DNA of 60,470 nucleotides from NCBI RefSeq assembly GCF_938010505.1, contig NZ_CALLVP010000065.1, positions 1 to 60,470 of the forward strand, written 5' to 3'. The position numbers and the translations under genes are program-made. The DNA is from an uncultured Veillonella sp. GTDB taxonomy: Bacteria; Bacillota; Negativicutes; Veillonellales; Veillonellaceae. The notes under the pieces were generated by a model. It was given only the letters and a program-made list of their open reading frames with translations, was not told the DNA's origin and made no database searches. Shown here piece after piece: positions 28,483-38,053 of this stretch. The number at the start of each line of letters is the position of its first letter. The stretch's first letter is position 1.

Positions 28483-29745
28483 TTATTTGAAAGCCTTAGC
28501 CCCAATATCTGTACGATATTGCATGCCTTCAAAGTCGATATGCGCTATACGTCCATAGGCTCTATCAAGTGCCGTTCTAAGGTCTTTGCCAAGACCGACA
28601 ACACCGAGCACACGGCCGCCATTAGTGACATAGTTTTCACCAACAAGCTTTGTACCAGAGTGGAATACGATGGTTGTGTCATATTGTTTAATATCCCCAC
28701 TGATGATATCGCCCTTTGATGAAGTTTCAGGATAACCCTTAGAAGCAAGGATAACGCAGGCCGCCGAGGAGTCTTTCCATTTCACCATATCAGCTGTCAA
28801 TGTGCCCTTAGCACAAGCCATCATGATTTGACCTAAATCACTATCTAGTAGAGGCAATACAACTTGCGTTTCAGGGTCTCCAAATCGTGCATTGAACTCT
28901 ACCACCTTAGGACCTTCGTCAGTAATCATAAGCCCAGCGTAGAGGCAGCCTACATACGGCATACCTTCCTTTTCCATAGCTGCTACCATAGGTTCCAAGA
29001 TGGTTTTCATCGCTTCGACCCGCAATGCATCCGTAAGAACTGGTGCCGGCGCATAGGTACCCATGCCACCCGTATTAGGGCCTTTATCACCATCAAAGAT
29101 GCGTTTATGATCTTGAGAGGCAATCATTGGAACAACGGTCTTACCATCTACAAAGGCTAATAAACTAGCCTCTTCACCTTCCATAAACTCTTCGATAACA
29201 ACGGTGCTGCCTGCATCACCGAATCGATTACCGCTGAGCATATCTTCCACAGCTGCATTCGCTTCGTCGACGGTCATGGCTACTACAACACCCTTCCCTG
29301 CCGCCAAGCCGTCAGCTTTAACAACTATAGGAGCTCCTGTTTGAGCGATAAAAATTTTCGCTTCATCTACCTTGTGAAACACACCATACGCAGCAGTTGG
29401 AATGTTGTATTTTTTCATGAGATCCTTGGCAAACACCTTTGAGCCCTCTAGTTGAGCGGCGGCTTTGGATGGTCCAAAAACTGGAATTCCCACCTTATTG
29501 AGTACATCTGCTAAACCTGCTACCAAAGGGGCCTCAGGCCCAACAACAACTAAATCAACTTGATTCTCTTTTAAAAAGCTAATCAAATGATCGCTTTGTT
29601 GCCAATCGATGCCAACTAGCTCTGCACAATCTGACATGGCCGCGCTGCCAGGAATGGCGTATACCTTTGTTACGTTAGGGCTGATGGACAATCGCCACGC
29701 CAATGCATGTTCGCGGCCGCCGTTACCGATTACACATACTTTCAT
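28483..29745 (-). CDS. purD: Phosphoribosylamine-glycine ligase
   Basis: GGREHA, KADGLAAGKGV, GPNTGGMG, RFGDPETQ. Confidence 0.97.
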   Translation of the reverse strand: MKVCVIGNGGREHALAWRLSISPNVTKVYAIPGSAAMSDCAELVGIDWQQSDHLISFLKENQVDLVVVGPEAPLVAGLADVLNKVGIPVFGPSKAAAQLEGSKVFAKDLMKKYNIPTAAYGVFHKVDEAKIFIAQTGAPIVVKADGLAAGKGVVVAMTVDEANAAVEDMLSGNRFGDAGSTVVIEEFMEGEEASLLAFVDGKTVVPMIASQDHKRIFDGDKGPNTGGMGTYAPAPVLTDALRVEAMKTILEPMVAAMEKEGMPYVGCLYAGLMITDEGPKVVEFNARFGDPETQVVLPLLDSDLGQIMMACAKGTLTADMVKWKDSSAACVILASKGYPETSSKGDIISGDIKQYDTTIVFHSGTKLVGENYVTNGGRVLGVVGLGKDLRTALDRAYGRIAHIDFEGMQYRTDIGAKAFK

Positions 29746-29891
29746 AAGTCCTCCATCGGCGCCTAAACGCCATCAAGTTCATAATAATATAAACACATAA
29801 CGGGACCACGCCAAGCATCAATACTTCTTGACCGTACAATGGATATTTTACCCTGATAGTGTTTAACAATCCGCTAACAGTTCTTAACCAA

Positions 29892-31421
29892 TTAATGTTT
29901 AAAGTGACGAATATTTGTAAATACCATGGCAATACCCGCTTCGTCAGCCGCTTTGATGGATTCTTCATCGCGAATAGAGCCACCTGGTTGAATAATAGCT
30001 GCAATGCCATGTTTTGCCGCTGTTTCTACGGTATCGCCAAAGGGGAAGAATGCATCGGATGCCAAAACAGCACCTTTTGCGGCTTCTCCGGCTTGTTCAA
30101 GAGCAATTTTTGCAGAGCCTACGCGATTCATTTGACCAGCCCCAACTCCAAGGGTACTCTTTTCATTAGAAATCAAAATAGCATTGGACTTTACATGTTT
30201 TACAAGTTTCCATGCAAATTCAAGGGCTTTCCATTGTTCCTCTGTCGGTTGTACCTTCGTAACAACTTTATAGTTAGCACGATCTTCTACAAGATCATCT
30301 TCTGTTTGCACTAATAAACCACCTGACACCTTTTTCACTGTCACTTGGCCAGATTCCGGCTTAGATAGCTCGATGAGGCGAATATTTTTCTTTGCTTCAA
30401 GGATTTCTAATGCTTCTTTTGTGAAAGTAGGTGCCATAATAACTTCTAAGAAAATTTTGCTCATTTCCTCCGCTGTACTTGCATCTACTTCACGATTTAA
30501 GGCTACGATGCCACCAAAGGCAGATACGGAATCTGCTTCGTAAGCATTTACATATGCATCATGTAATGTAGCTGCAGTAGCGGCACCACATGGGTTCGTA
30601 TGCTTAATAATACATGCAGCTGGATTAGTAAACTCCCATACCATATTCCATGCCGCTTCCATGTCTACAATATTATTATAGGAAAGTTCTTTGCCATGTA
30701 GTTGTTTCAAAGCCCCCATGCCATGAGCTGTACCAATTTCTTTGTAGAATGCTGCTTGTTGATGCGGGTTTTCGCCATATCTAAGATTTGTCACCTTTTC
30801 ATAAGCGCTCAAATATTCAGGAGGTGTAGGCCCTTCATTCAAGATTCCACTCATATAATTAGCGATAGCCACATCATAAGCCGCTGTATGAGCAAAGGCT
30901 TCTTTGGCAAGACCAAAGCGATATTCCTTAGTTAATTCTCCTTGGTCTTTGAGCATCTCCAAGATTTCATCGTAATGATTTGGATTTACTACGATGCCTA
31001 CGTAAGCATGATTTTTTGCTGCAGAACGAACCATCGTAGGGCCACCGATATCGATATTTTCAATAGCTTCCTCCAAGGATACATTTGGTTTTGCAATGGT
31101 TTCACGGAATGGGTAAAGATTGACCACCACAAGATCAATTGGCTCAATACCATGATCAGCCATAGCTTGTTGATGTTCCGTATTATCGCGAATAGCTAAA
31201 ATGCCTCCATGTACCTTTGGATGTAAAGTTTTTACTCGGCCATCCATCATTTCTGGAAAACCCGTTAAAGACTCAACAGCCTTTGCAGAAATGCCTGCAT
31301 CGGTAATCGCCTTAAGCGTACCACCTGTAGAATAGATGGTTACACCTAAATTAGCTAAGCCTTTCGCAAAGTCTACAATCCCCTTTTTATCAGAAACACT
31401 TAGTAGTGCATTTTTAATCAT
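29892..31421 (-). CDS. purH: AICAR transformylase/IMP cyclohydrolase
   Basis: ALLSVSDK, GRVKTLHP, IDIGGP, RYGENPHQ, SDAFFPF, RHFKH. Confidence 0.97.
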   Translation of the reverse strand: MIKNALLSVSDKKGIVDFAKGLANLGVTIYSTGGTLKAITDAGISAKAVESLTGFPEMMDGRVKTLHPKVHGGILAIRDNTEHQQAMADHGIEPIDLVVVNLYPFRETIAKPNVSLEEAIENIDIGGPTMVRSAAKNHAYVGIVVNPNHYDEILEMLKDQGELTKEYRFGLAKEAFAHTAAYDVAIANYMSGILNEGPTPPEYLSAYEKVTNLRYGENPHQQAAFYKEIGTAHGMGALKQLHGKELSYNNIVDMEAAWNMVWEFTNPAACIIKHTNPCGAATAATLHDAYVNAYEADSVSAFGGIVALNREVDASTAEEMSKIFLEVIMAPTFTKEALEILEAKKNIRLIELSKPESGQVTVKKVSGGLLVQTEDDLVEDRANYKVVTKVQPTEEQWKALEFAWKLVKHVKSNAILISNEKSTLGVGAGQMNRVGSAKIALEQAGEAAKGAVLASDAFFPFGDTVETAAKHGIAAIIQPGGSIRDEESIKAADEAGIAMVFTNIRHFKH

Positions 31422-31447
31422 GTAACCTCTCCATTTGCTTTCGCATA

Positions 31448-32071
31448 TCAATCTTCAATGTAAACAACTCTATCTTTTATAGTGAGCTTATCCTCACAAA
31501 ATAGTCGTAACGCCTCTTTATATGTTTTATGTTCAATAGGCAATAATCTATCACTCAAGGTATCTTCTGTATCGTCTGGTAATAGAGGAACTGTATTCTG
31601 CATGATAATAGGACCTGTATCCATTCCGGCATCAACAAAGTGTACCGTACAACCAGTTACCTTTACGCCCGCATCGATGGCTTGTTGATGCCCATGTAGT
31701 CCCGGAAAAGATGGCAACAAGGCAGGGTGGATATTTAAAATTCTATGCTCATAGTGCTCAATCAGTGGAGCCCCTACAATACGCATATATCCAGCCAAAA
31801 CGATACCATCTACCTTATAGGGCTCTAACGCATCTAACTGGGCTTGTTCAAAGCTAGTTTTAGAATCATAGTCGCTACGCTCGATGACAATGAGTGGAAT
31901 ATTCCAAGGTTTAGAACGTTCAACAATCCCTGCATCACCGTGATCTGTAATGATAACTACAAACTCACCATTAATATATCCATCTTGCATGGCTTTATAA
32001 AGGGCTTCCCCATTGGAGCCTCTACCGCTTGCGAATAGAGCTAGACGTTTTCTAGCTACGGAACTAGTCAT
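31448..32071 (-). CDS. purN: Phosphoribosylglycinamide formyltransferase
   Basis: SGRGSN, LAGYMRI, NIHPALLP, GCTVHFV, DTGPII. Confidence 0.97.
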   Translation of the reverse strand: MTSSVARKRLALFASGRGSNGEALYKAMQDGYINGEFVVIITDHGDAGIVERSKPWNIPLIVIERSDYDSKTSFEQAQLDALEPYKVDGIVLAGYMRIVGAPLIEHYEHRILNIHPALLPSFPGLHGHQQAIDAGVKVTGCTVHFVDAGMDTGPIIMQNTVPLLPDDTEDTLSDRLLPIEHKTYKEALRLFCEDKLTIKDRVVYIED

Positions 32072-33125
32072 TAAATACCGCCCCTTTTACAACAACTGGA
32101 CCTTCGCCTTTAACGATATGACCAATTTCATAAACCGCTTCATTACGACTTTCAAGATTTGCCTTTACTCGATCCACATCCGCAGCGTCCACTACGAGGA
32201 TCATGCCAATGCCCATATTAAAAGTACGGTACATTTCATGCCAATCTACATTGCCCCATTCTTGTAGCTTTTCAAAAACTGGAAGGCGAGGCCATGTATC
32301 ACAATCGATCTCTGCCGTTACTCCCGTAGGTAAGACGCGAGGAATATTTTCATAGAAACCGCCGCCCGTAATATGAACCATACCTTTAATTAAATCTTCT
32401 TTAATCAACGGTAATACAGCTTTAGGGTATAAGCGCGTTGGCGTTAATAATTCTTCTCCCAGTGTTTTGCCAAATTCAGGAATATCTTGATCAATAGAGA
32501 AACCCTTGTGATCAAATACAATTTTACGAACTAAAGAGAAACCGTTAGAGTGAACCCCAGAAGAAGGTAACCCAAGAATAACGTCTCCTGCCTTGATACT
32601 TTCACCAGTAATCAATTTAGGACGATCTACGATACCAACGGCAAAACCAGCTACATCATAATCCTCATCATCGTAGAAGCCTGCCATCTCAGCAGTTTCA
32701 CCGCCTAGTAAAGCGCAGCCTGATTCTTCGCACGCCTCAGCTACACCACGTACGATATCCGCCACTTTTACAGGCTCTAGTTTGCCAACCGCAATATAAT
32801 CAAGGAAGAATAAAGGTGTAGCACCTTGTACGAGGATATCATTAATACTCATAGCTACACAGTCTTGACCGATAGTATCATGTTTATCCATCATAATAGC
32901 GAGACGTAATTTGGTGCCCACCCCATCTGTACCAGATACGAGCATAGGATCAGACATAGCATGACCAGCTAAGGAATAGAGTCCCCCAAAACCACCTAAA
33001 TCACCAACAACACCCGGTGTATACGTGCGTTTAACAGATTCTTTCATCAGTTCTACGGCGCGATTACCTGCATCGATATCAACACCTGCATCACGATAGG
33101 TTAAACTAGTTTTATTCGAGCACAT
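32064..33125 (-). CDS. purM: AIR synthetase
   Basis: YRDAGVDI, TDGVGTK, GGETAEM, HITGGG, TFNMGIG. Confidence 0.97.
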   Translation of the reverse strand: MCSNKTSLTYRDAGVDIDAGNRAVELMKESVKRTYTPGVVGDLGGFGGLYSLAGHAMSDPMLVSGTDGVGTKLRLAIMMDKHDTIGQDCVAMSINDILVQGATPLFFLDYIAVGKLEPVKVADIVRGVAEACEESGCALLGGETAEMAGFYDDEDYDVAGFAVGIVDRPKLITGESIKAGDVILGLPSSGVHSNGFSLVRKIVFDHKGFSIDQDIPEFGKTLGEELLTPTRLYPKAVLPLIKEDLIKGMVHITGGGFYENIPRVLPTGVTAEIDCDTWPRLPVFEKLQEWGNVDWHEMYRTFNMGIGMILVVDAADVDRVKANLESRNEAVYEIGHIVKGEGPVVVKGAVFND

Positions 33126-34530
33126 ATTTGACCCCTTCCTCTTGGTCCGCAGGAACCGCTACACTATAATCACCATTGAAACATGCAAAACATAAATCAT
33201 CTGGCTTTACATCAGATACAGCACGACATAGGCCTTCACGAGACAAGTAATGTAATTTATCAGCCTTGATAAAATCTCTAATTTCATCCACTGTATGAGT
33301 AGCTGCTATAAGTTCTTTACGCACCGATGTATCAATGCCATAATGACAGGAATACTCAATAGTTGGAGAACTAATACACATATAAATCTCTTTAGCACCC
33401 GCCTCTTTTAGCATTTTTACAATGATACCACTCGTAGTACCGCGCACAATAGAATCATCAATAAGGACGATACGCTTACCTCCAACAATATGTGGTAATG
33501 CATTTAGCTTCATACGAACAGCTAATTCTCGTTCCTCTTGATTTGGTTTAATAAAGGTACGACCGCTATAACGGTTCTTAACTAAACCTTCTGCAAAAGG
33601 GATACCCGATGCACGAGCATAACCTAATGCAGCTGTTGTACCGGAATCCGGAATGGACATTACGATGTCCGCATCATACTTAGTTTCGTTATATAGTTCG
33701 CGGCCCATATTTAGCCGAGATTGATATACGGATTGACCATCGATATGACTATCGCCACGTGCAAAATAGATGTATTCAAAGACGCAAAGTTTTTTATCGA
33801 TTTTTTCTGGTTCCGCATAGATAGTACTACGCACACCAGAGTCATCGATGATAACCATTTCACCAGGATCTATATGACGAATAAACTCTGCCTTAATCGC
33901 ATCAAAAGCACAGCTTTCACTAGAGAGCACATAACCATTTTCAGTTTTACCTAAACAAAGTGGTCTAAATCCTTGAGGGTCTCGTACACCTACTAAAGAG
34001 TCGTTCGTAGTAATGACTAAAGAGAACGCCCCTTCAATTTGACGCGCCGCATCGGCAATCCGTTCCGCTTGTGTTTCTGCTTTAGAACGGGCTATCAGGT
34101 TTACGATAACCTCAGAATCCATCGTCGTTTGAAAGATGGAACCATCGGCTTCAAGACGTTTTCGAATAGATAAGGCATTCGTTAAGTTTCCATTGTGAGC
34201 CACCGCAATTTGACCGCCTTGGTAGTGAATAACCAAAGGTTGAATATTACGCGGATTATTGGACCCGGTCGTAGAGTACCGCACATGACCAGTCCCCATA
34301 TAGCTTGGCAAAGATGGTAATTCTTTGATAGCCTCGGTCAACAAGCCCATGCCTTTTTTCAGTTCTACATCATGACTATCGGTAACAGCAATGCCCGCAC
34401 TTTCTTGACCACGATGTTGGAGAGCAAATAGCCCCCAATATACATAGCGTGCTACATCAACGGTCCTATCATAGATGCCGAACACACCACACTCTTCGTG
34501 CCATTTATCAAAAACAGAATCGTAGTTCAT
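33112..34530 (-). CDS. purF: Amidophosphoribosyltransferase
   Basis: Propeptide + EECGVFG, QHRGQE, DDSIVRGTT, C-terminal CFACF. Confidence 0.97.
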   Translation of the reverse strand: MNYDSVFDKWHEECGVFGIYDRTVDVARYVYWGLFALQHRGQESAGIAVTDSHDVELKKGMGLLTEAIKELPSLPSYMGTGHVRYSTTGSNNPRNIQPLVIHYQGGQIAVAHNGNLTNALSIRKRLEADGSIFQTTMDSEVIVNLIARSKAETQAERIADAARQIEGAFSLVITTNDSLVGVRDPQGFRPLCLGKTENGYVLSSESCAFDAIKAEFIRHIDPGEMVIIDDSGVRSTIYAEPEKIDKKLCVFEYIYFARGDSHIDGQSVYQSRLNMGRELYNETKYDADIVMSIPDSGTTAALGYARASGIPFAEGLVKNRYSGRTFIKPNQEERELAVRMKLNALPHIVGGKRIVLIDDSIVRGTTSGIIVKMLKEAGAKEIYMCISSPTIEYSCHYGIDTSVRKELIAATHTVDEIRDFIKADKLHYLSREGLCRAVSDVKPDDLCFACFNGDYSVAVPADQEEGVKYVLE

Positions 34531-34541
34531 CTTCCCCCCTA

Positions 34542-35270
34542 TTAGGCACGCTCACCTGTAAGACGGAATAACATTTCCTTATACGCTTCTTCAATATTAC
34601 CAAGATCTCGACGGAAACGGTCTTTGTCGAGTTTTTCACCAGTTGTAGCATCCCAGAAACGACATGTATCAGGAGAGATTTCATCACCTAATAATACCTC
34701 GCCTTTATGAGTGCCAAATTCTAATTTAAAATCTACAAGAGTTACGTTTTTAGTAGCCAAGAATTTTTTTAAAATATCGTTTACCTTTAAAGTAATAGTA
34801 GAGATTACGTCAAGTTGCTCTTGAGTAGCCCAACCAAGTGCAGTGATTTGGGATTCGTTGGCAAACGGATCGCCTAATTCATCGTTTTTATAGCAAAACT
34901 CAAGTATTGGATGTTTAAGTGGAGTTCCTTCTTCAATGCCAAAGCGTTTAGCCATAGAGCCAGCCGCAATATTACGAACGATAACTTCAAGAGGAACTAT
35001 TTTTAATGTAAGTACTGTTTGGTTGCGATCATCTTCACGACGAACGAAATGAGTTGGTACGCCTTCTTTTTTCAACAATTCAAAGAAGAAAGAGGAAATT
35101 TTGTTATTCAACACGCCTTTACCAAGGATGGTGTCATGTTTTTCACCATTAAATGCAGTGGCATCATCTTTGTAATGAACGATGTACTCATCTTTGTTAT
35201 CTGTTGCATATACTTGTTTTGCTTTGCCTTCGTACAATAATGTTAATTTTTCCAAATCGATGTTAGCCAT
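34542..35270 (-). CDS. purC: SAICAR synthetase
   Basis: [33 protein letters not shown]. Confidence 0.97.
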   Translation of the reverse strand: MANIDLEKLTLLYEGKAKQVYATDNKDEYIVHYKDDATAFNGEKHDTILGKGVLNNKISSFFFELLKKEGVPTHFVRREDDRNQTVLTLKIVPLEVIVRNIAAGSMAKRFGIEEGTPLKHPILEFCYKNDELGDPFANESQITALGWATQEQLDVISTITLKVNDILKKFLATKNVTLVDFKLEFGTHKGEVLLGDEISPDTCRFWDATTGEKLDKDRFRRDLGNIEEAYKEMLFRLTGERA

Positions 35271-35371
35271 GATCTTTCTCCTTTATCATAATTAATGATA
35301 CAAACTATGTAATAGATATCTAAATAAACGGTTTTTCTTAACCAATATTTAATCAGTGATGATTTAGATGA

Positions 35372-35863
35372 TTAAATTTGAACAGCACCTTGTAGTTCTG
35401 CATTGTCTGCTAAGACTTTATCTGCCATATCTTTACGATATTGTTGATATTGTTCTTTCAGGTCTTTATTGAAAGCTGCCCCAATCTGCACTGCAAAGAG
35501 CGCCGCATTTTTAGCACCGTCTACAGCCATTGTAGCTACAGGCATACCAGATGGCATTTGAACGATAGCAAGCAGAGAATCAATGCCCATTAAAGCCGTT
35601 GCATTAAGAGGGATGCCGATAACAGGTAGTGTAGTGAAACTCGCCACCACACCAGGTAAGTGAGCCGCCGCGCCAGCACCCGCAATAAAAGCGATAACCC
35701 CTTCATCTTCAAGTCGTGTGACAAAGTTCTTCACAGCCTCTGGTGTACGATGAGCTGAGGCAATAACCATTTCATAAGGAATATTAAACTCATCAAGTAC
35801 AGATGATGCCTTTTTCATTGTGTCTAGGTCAGACTTGCTGCCCATGATAATACCGACCTTCAT
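35372..35863 (-). CDS. purE: N5-CAIR mutase
   Basis: IIMGSKSD, SAHRTP, AGAAAHLPG, VQMPSG; SD AGGAGG before ATG 35863. Confidence 0.97.
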   Translation of the reverse strand: MKVGIIMGSKSDLDTMKKASSVLDEFNIPYEMVIASAHRTPEAVKNFVTRLEDEGVIAFIAGAGAAAHLPGVVASFTTLPVIGIPLNATALMGIDSLLAIVQMPSGMPVATMAVDGAKNAALFAVQIGAAFNKDLKEQYQQYRKDMADKVLADNAELQGAVQI

Positions 35864-35871
35864 AGATCCTC

Positions 35872-35964
35872 CTAATAAAAAAGCCCAGCCGAAACAGACT
35901 GGGACAAATGCGCACAAGTAGCCTCCGTAGACTTGCTTTGAATTTGTTGATTTGCATAGTTCAC
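35872..35964 (-). CDS. Putative 30-aa leader peptide MNYANQQIQSKSTEATCAHLSQSVSAGLFY
   Basis: AAGGAGG-N7-GTG; the ORF runs through the terminator and its TAG overlaps the purE SD. Confidence 0.4.
   Translation of the reverse strand: MNYANQQIQSKSTEATCAHLSQSVSAGLFY
35877..35903 (-). terminator. Leader terminator (attenuator) upstream of purE
   Basis: CCCAGUC-UGUUUC-GGCUGGG-CUUUUUU ending about 13 nt before the purE start. Confidence 0.7.
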
Positions 35965-35989
35965 GGCGCTACCTCCTTCTTGTACTCAA

Positions 35990-36066
35990 ATTGTAACACC
36001 TAACATTTACAAAAGCAATACAATTTTCGAATAATCTTATATTAAATATTTTTATTATTCGCCATA
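35990..36066 (-). promoter_or_regulatory. pur promoter with a Bacillus-type PurR operator-like inverted repeat
   Basis: TTGCTT-N17-TACAAT (TGn); CGAATAAT...ATTATTCG giving GAAT-N24-ATTC spacing, similar to GAAC-N24-GTTC; extra CCGAAC boxes at about 36069 and 36261. Confidence 0.6.
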
Positions 36067-36211
36067 TTCCGAACTATTATAATAAAACAGATTACATTAT
36101 ATAGATTATGTTTAAATTAATCTGTAAAATATAATAACGTTTTTTACAATTTTAGAGTAACTCAAAGTAATTCTATTAATCAAATATTTGTATGATTTTT
36201 CTTATCCATAT

Positions 36212-36250
36212 AAAAAAGCGGATAACCCGGTTAAAAACAGGTTATCCGCT
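36212..36250 (-). terminator. xpt operon terminator
   Basis: AGCGGATAACC / GGTTATCCGCT with A6. Confidence 0.8.
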
Positions 36251-36297
36251 CTTCATAATTCCGAACATTAGACCACTTAACTTGTATCTATTATTGA

Positions 36298-36738
36298 TTA
36301 GTGAGTACCGCTTTCAAAGGCAGCTTTCAATTCACCTACAGATTCAGGAATATAATCTACAATAGAAGACATCAACGCATACATCAATGCCGGCTCGAAC
36401 GCATCATCACCACACATATATACACAATCCAAGTATAAACTAGAATCTTGTTCATCGATATATAGTTTGTAATTTTTATACGTCGCATTATCCCGATTGA
36501 TTAAGGCATTCAAAGCGTTCATATTTTGTGCCGTTACCTTTTCAGGGCCCAACACCAAACGAATTACGCTATAAATACTGTTATCGAGAATGACGAACAA
36601 AGGCATATCCCATAATGGGGATTTGATATAAGAACGATATACTACAGTACCGTCTTCATCATCAAAATCCTTGCGTTCAAAAGATATGATTTCTTCTTCT
36701 TTCAAGAACTTATCAAATAATAAGGATTTAGGATTCAT
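36298..36738 (-). CDS. YbjN-like / T3SS-chaperone-fold hypothetical protein
   Basis: Acidic ~150 aa; LFVILDNS, N.LIN..N..YK..K.YID pattern; paralog of its neighbour. Confidence 0.6.
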   Translation of the reverse strand: MNPKSLLFDKFLKEEEIISFERKDFDDEDGTVVYRSYIKSPLWDMPLFVILDNSIYSVIRLVLGPEKVTAQNMNALNALINRDNATYKNYKLYIDEQDSSLYLDCVYMCGDDAFEPALMYALMSSIVDYIPESVGELKAAFESGTH

Positions 36739-36749
36739 AACAACCTCTA

Positions 36750-37196
36750 TTAAGCTAAACCAGCGACTTTAAGAATATCTTTATGTACAGCATCTAAATG
36801 CGGTTGAATTACTTCGAGCAAAAGATTTACTACTACGGTAGGATCAAATTGTTTATTTAAACATGGCATAGACACATCCATATAAATATTATTGTCTTCA
36901 ACGCTCACATAATATTTTGACACTTTATAATCTTGATTTAACGTGTTAAGCTCTTTCAACACGGCAGGAATCACTTTTTCATCAATAGATGTTGTTGTGA
37001 TAGCAATGCGTGCATAAGTAAACGCGGAATCGTCTACAACGATGAACACAGGTAGGCTATGGTCATGAACATCCAAACGACCATGATATACAACTGTATT
37101 AAGATCATCTGTCATTTCTTCCTTTGTAAACCAAGTGTTGCCGCCTTTGTTAAGATCAGCAACGAGTAAGTCGAATTTTTCTGCTTTTTTATTCAT
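36750..37196 (-). CDS. YbjN-like hypothetical protein
   Basis: PVFIVVDDS, ELNTLNQDYKVSKYYV; similar to 36298-36738. Confidence 0.6.
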   Translation of the reverse strand: MNKKAEKFDLLVADLNKGGNTWFTKEEMTDDLNTVVYHGRLDVHDHSLPVFIVVDDSAFTYARIAITTTSIDEKVIPAVLKELNTLNQDYKVSKYYVSVEDNNIYMDVSMPCLNKQFDPTVVVNLLLEVIQPHLDAVHKDILKVAGLA

Positions 37197-37223
37197 AATT
37201 CCCTCTAACAATAATCAGACTAA

Positions 37224-37799
37224 TTAGTCTTCGATAAACACACAACCATTATCTTTGAATTCTTTAATGCGAACTAAAGACTCTACACGGTAGCCCGCAT
37301 TTTCGAGGCGTTCACGACCAGGTTGGAAGGATTTTTCGATAGCAATAGCCATTCCTACCACTTCATCACCTGCGTCTTGAACCAATCTAGCAAGGCCCAT
37401 AGCAGCCTCACCAGATGCCAAGAAGTCATCGATAATCAACACTTTTTCGCCAGCTGGCAAGAATTTTTTAGAAATAGTGATATCATAATTCTCTTCTTTT
37501 GTATAAGAGTACACAACACTATGATATACATCATCTACCATAAGGATGGATTTTTTCTTACGCGCAAATACCAATGGCACGTCTAGTTCAAGCGCGGCCA
37601 TCAACGCCAACGCAATACCAGATGCTTCGATGGTAACAATACGTTGTACACCTGCATCACGGTAACGATCCGCGATTTCTTTACCAATTGCCTTAAACAA
37701 TTGTGGATCGATTTGATGGTTTAAGAAACCATCTACTTTCAGCACCCGATTATTGAGGACAATCCCCTCTTCACGAATGCGTTCTTTTAATAATTCCAT
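37224..37799 (-). CDS. xpt: Xanthine phosphoribosyltransferase
   Basis: LKVDGFLNHQID, TIEASGI, IIDDFLASG, IEKSFQ. Confidence 0.95.
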   Translation of the reverse strand: MELLKERIREEGIVLNNRVLKVDGFLNHQIDPQLFKAIGKEIADRYRDAGVQRIVTIEASGIALALMAALELDVPLVFARKKKSILMVDDVYHSVVYSYTKEENYDITISKKFLPAGEKVLIIDDFLASGEAAMGLARLVQDAGDEVVGMAIAIEKSFQPGRERLENAGYRVESLVRIKEFKDNGCVFIED

Positions 37800-38053
37800 G
37801 TGCTCATACCTCCGCATAACTATCTTTAAATTTTAACGTAAACAACCCCTTAGGGTCAACCTATATCTAGTAAAAGTCTTATAATATAACCCATAAATGT
37901 CATTGCCAATATGACTTAAATATTTTGTATATGAATTATATAACTCAACTGCTTTATAAGAATATAATATAGCACGGCAAAACTTATACTAATATATAAA
38001 AAGACACACTTTAAGAAAGTTTCCTAAAGTATGTCTTTAAACATGTCTTTTTC

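Noticed and set aside
29723..30010. 95-aa ORF bridging purH and purD
   Set aside because: Overlaps both genes out of frame, with no convincing SD or recognisable family
35864..35990. Guanine, ZTP or PRPP (ykkC) riboswitch upstream of purE
   Set aside because: Conserved cores (e.g. UAUAA..GUUUCUAC, GUGACUGGCG, AGGGUUCCG) not found by eye
37800..37900. Guanine riboswitch upstream of xpt
   Set aside because: Promoter TTGACC-N18-TAAAAT leaves only a ~25-nt leader
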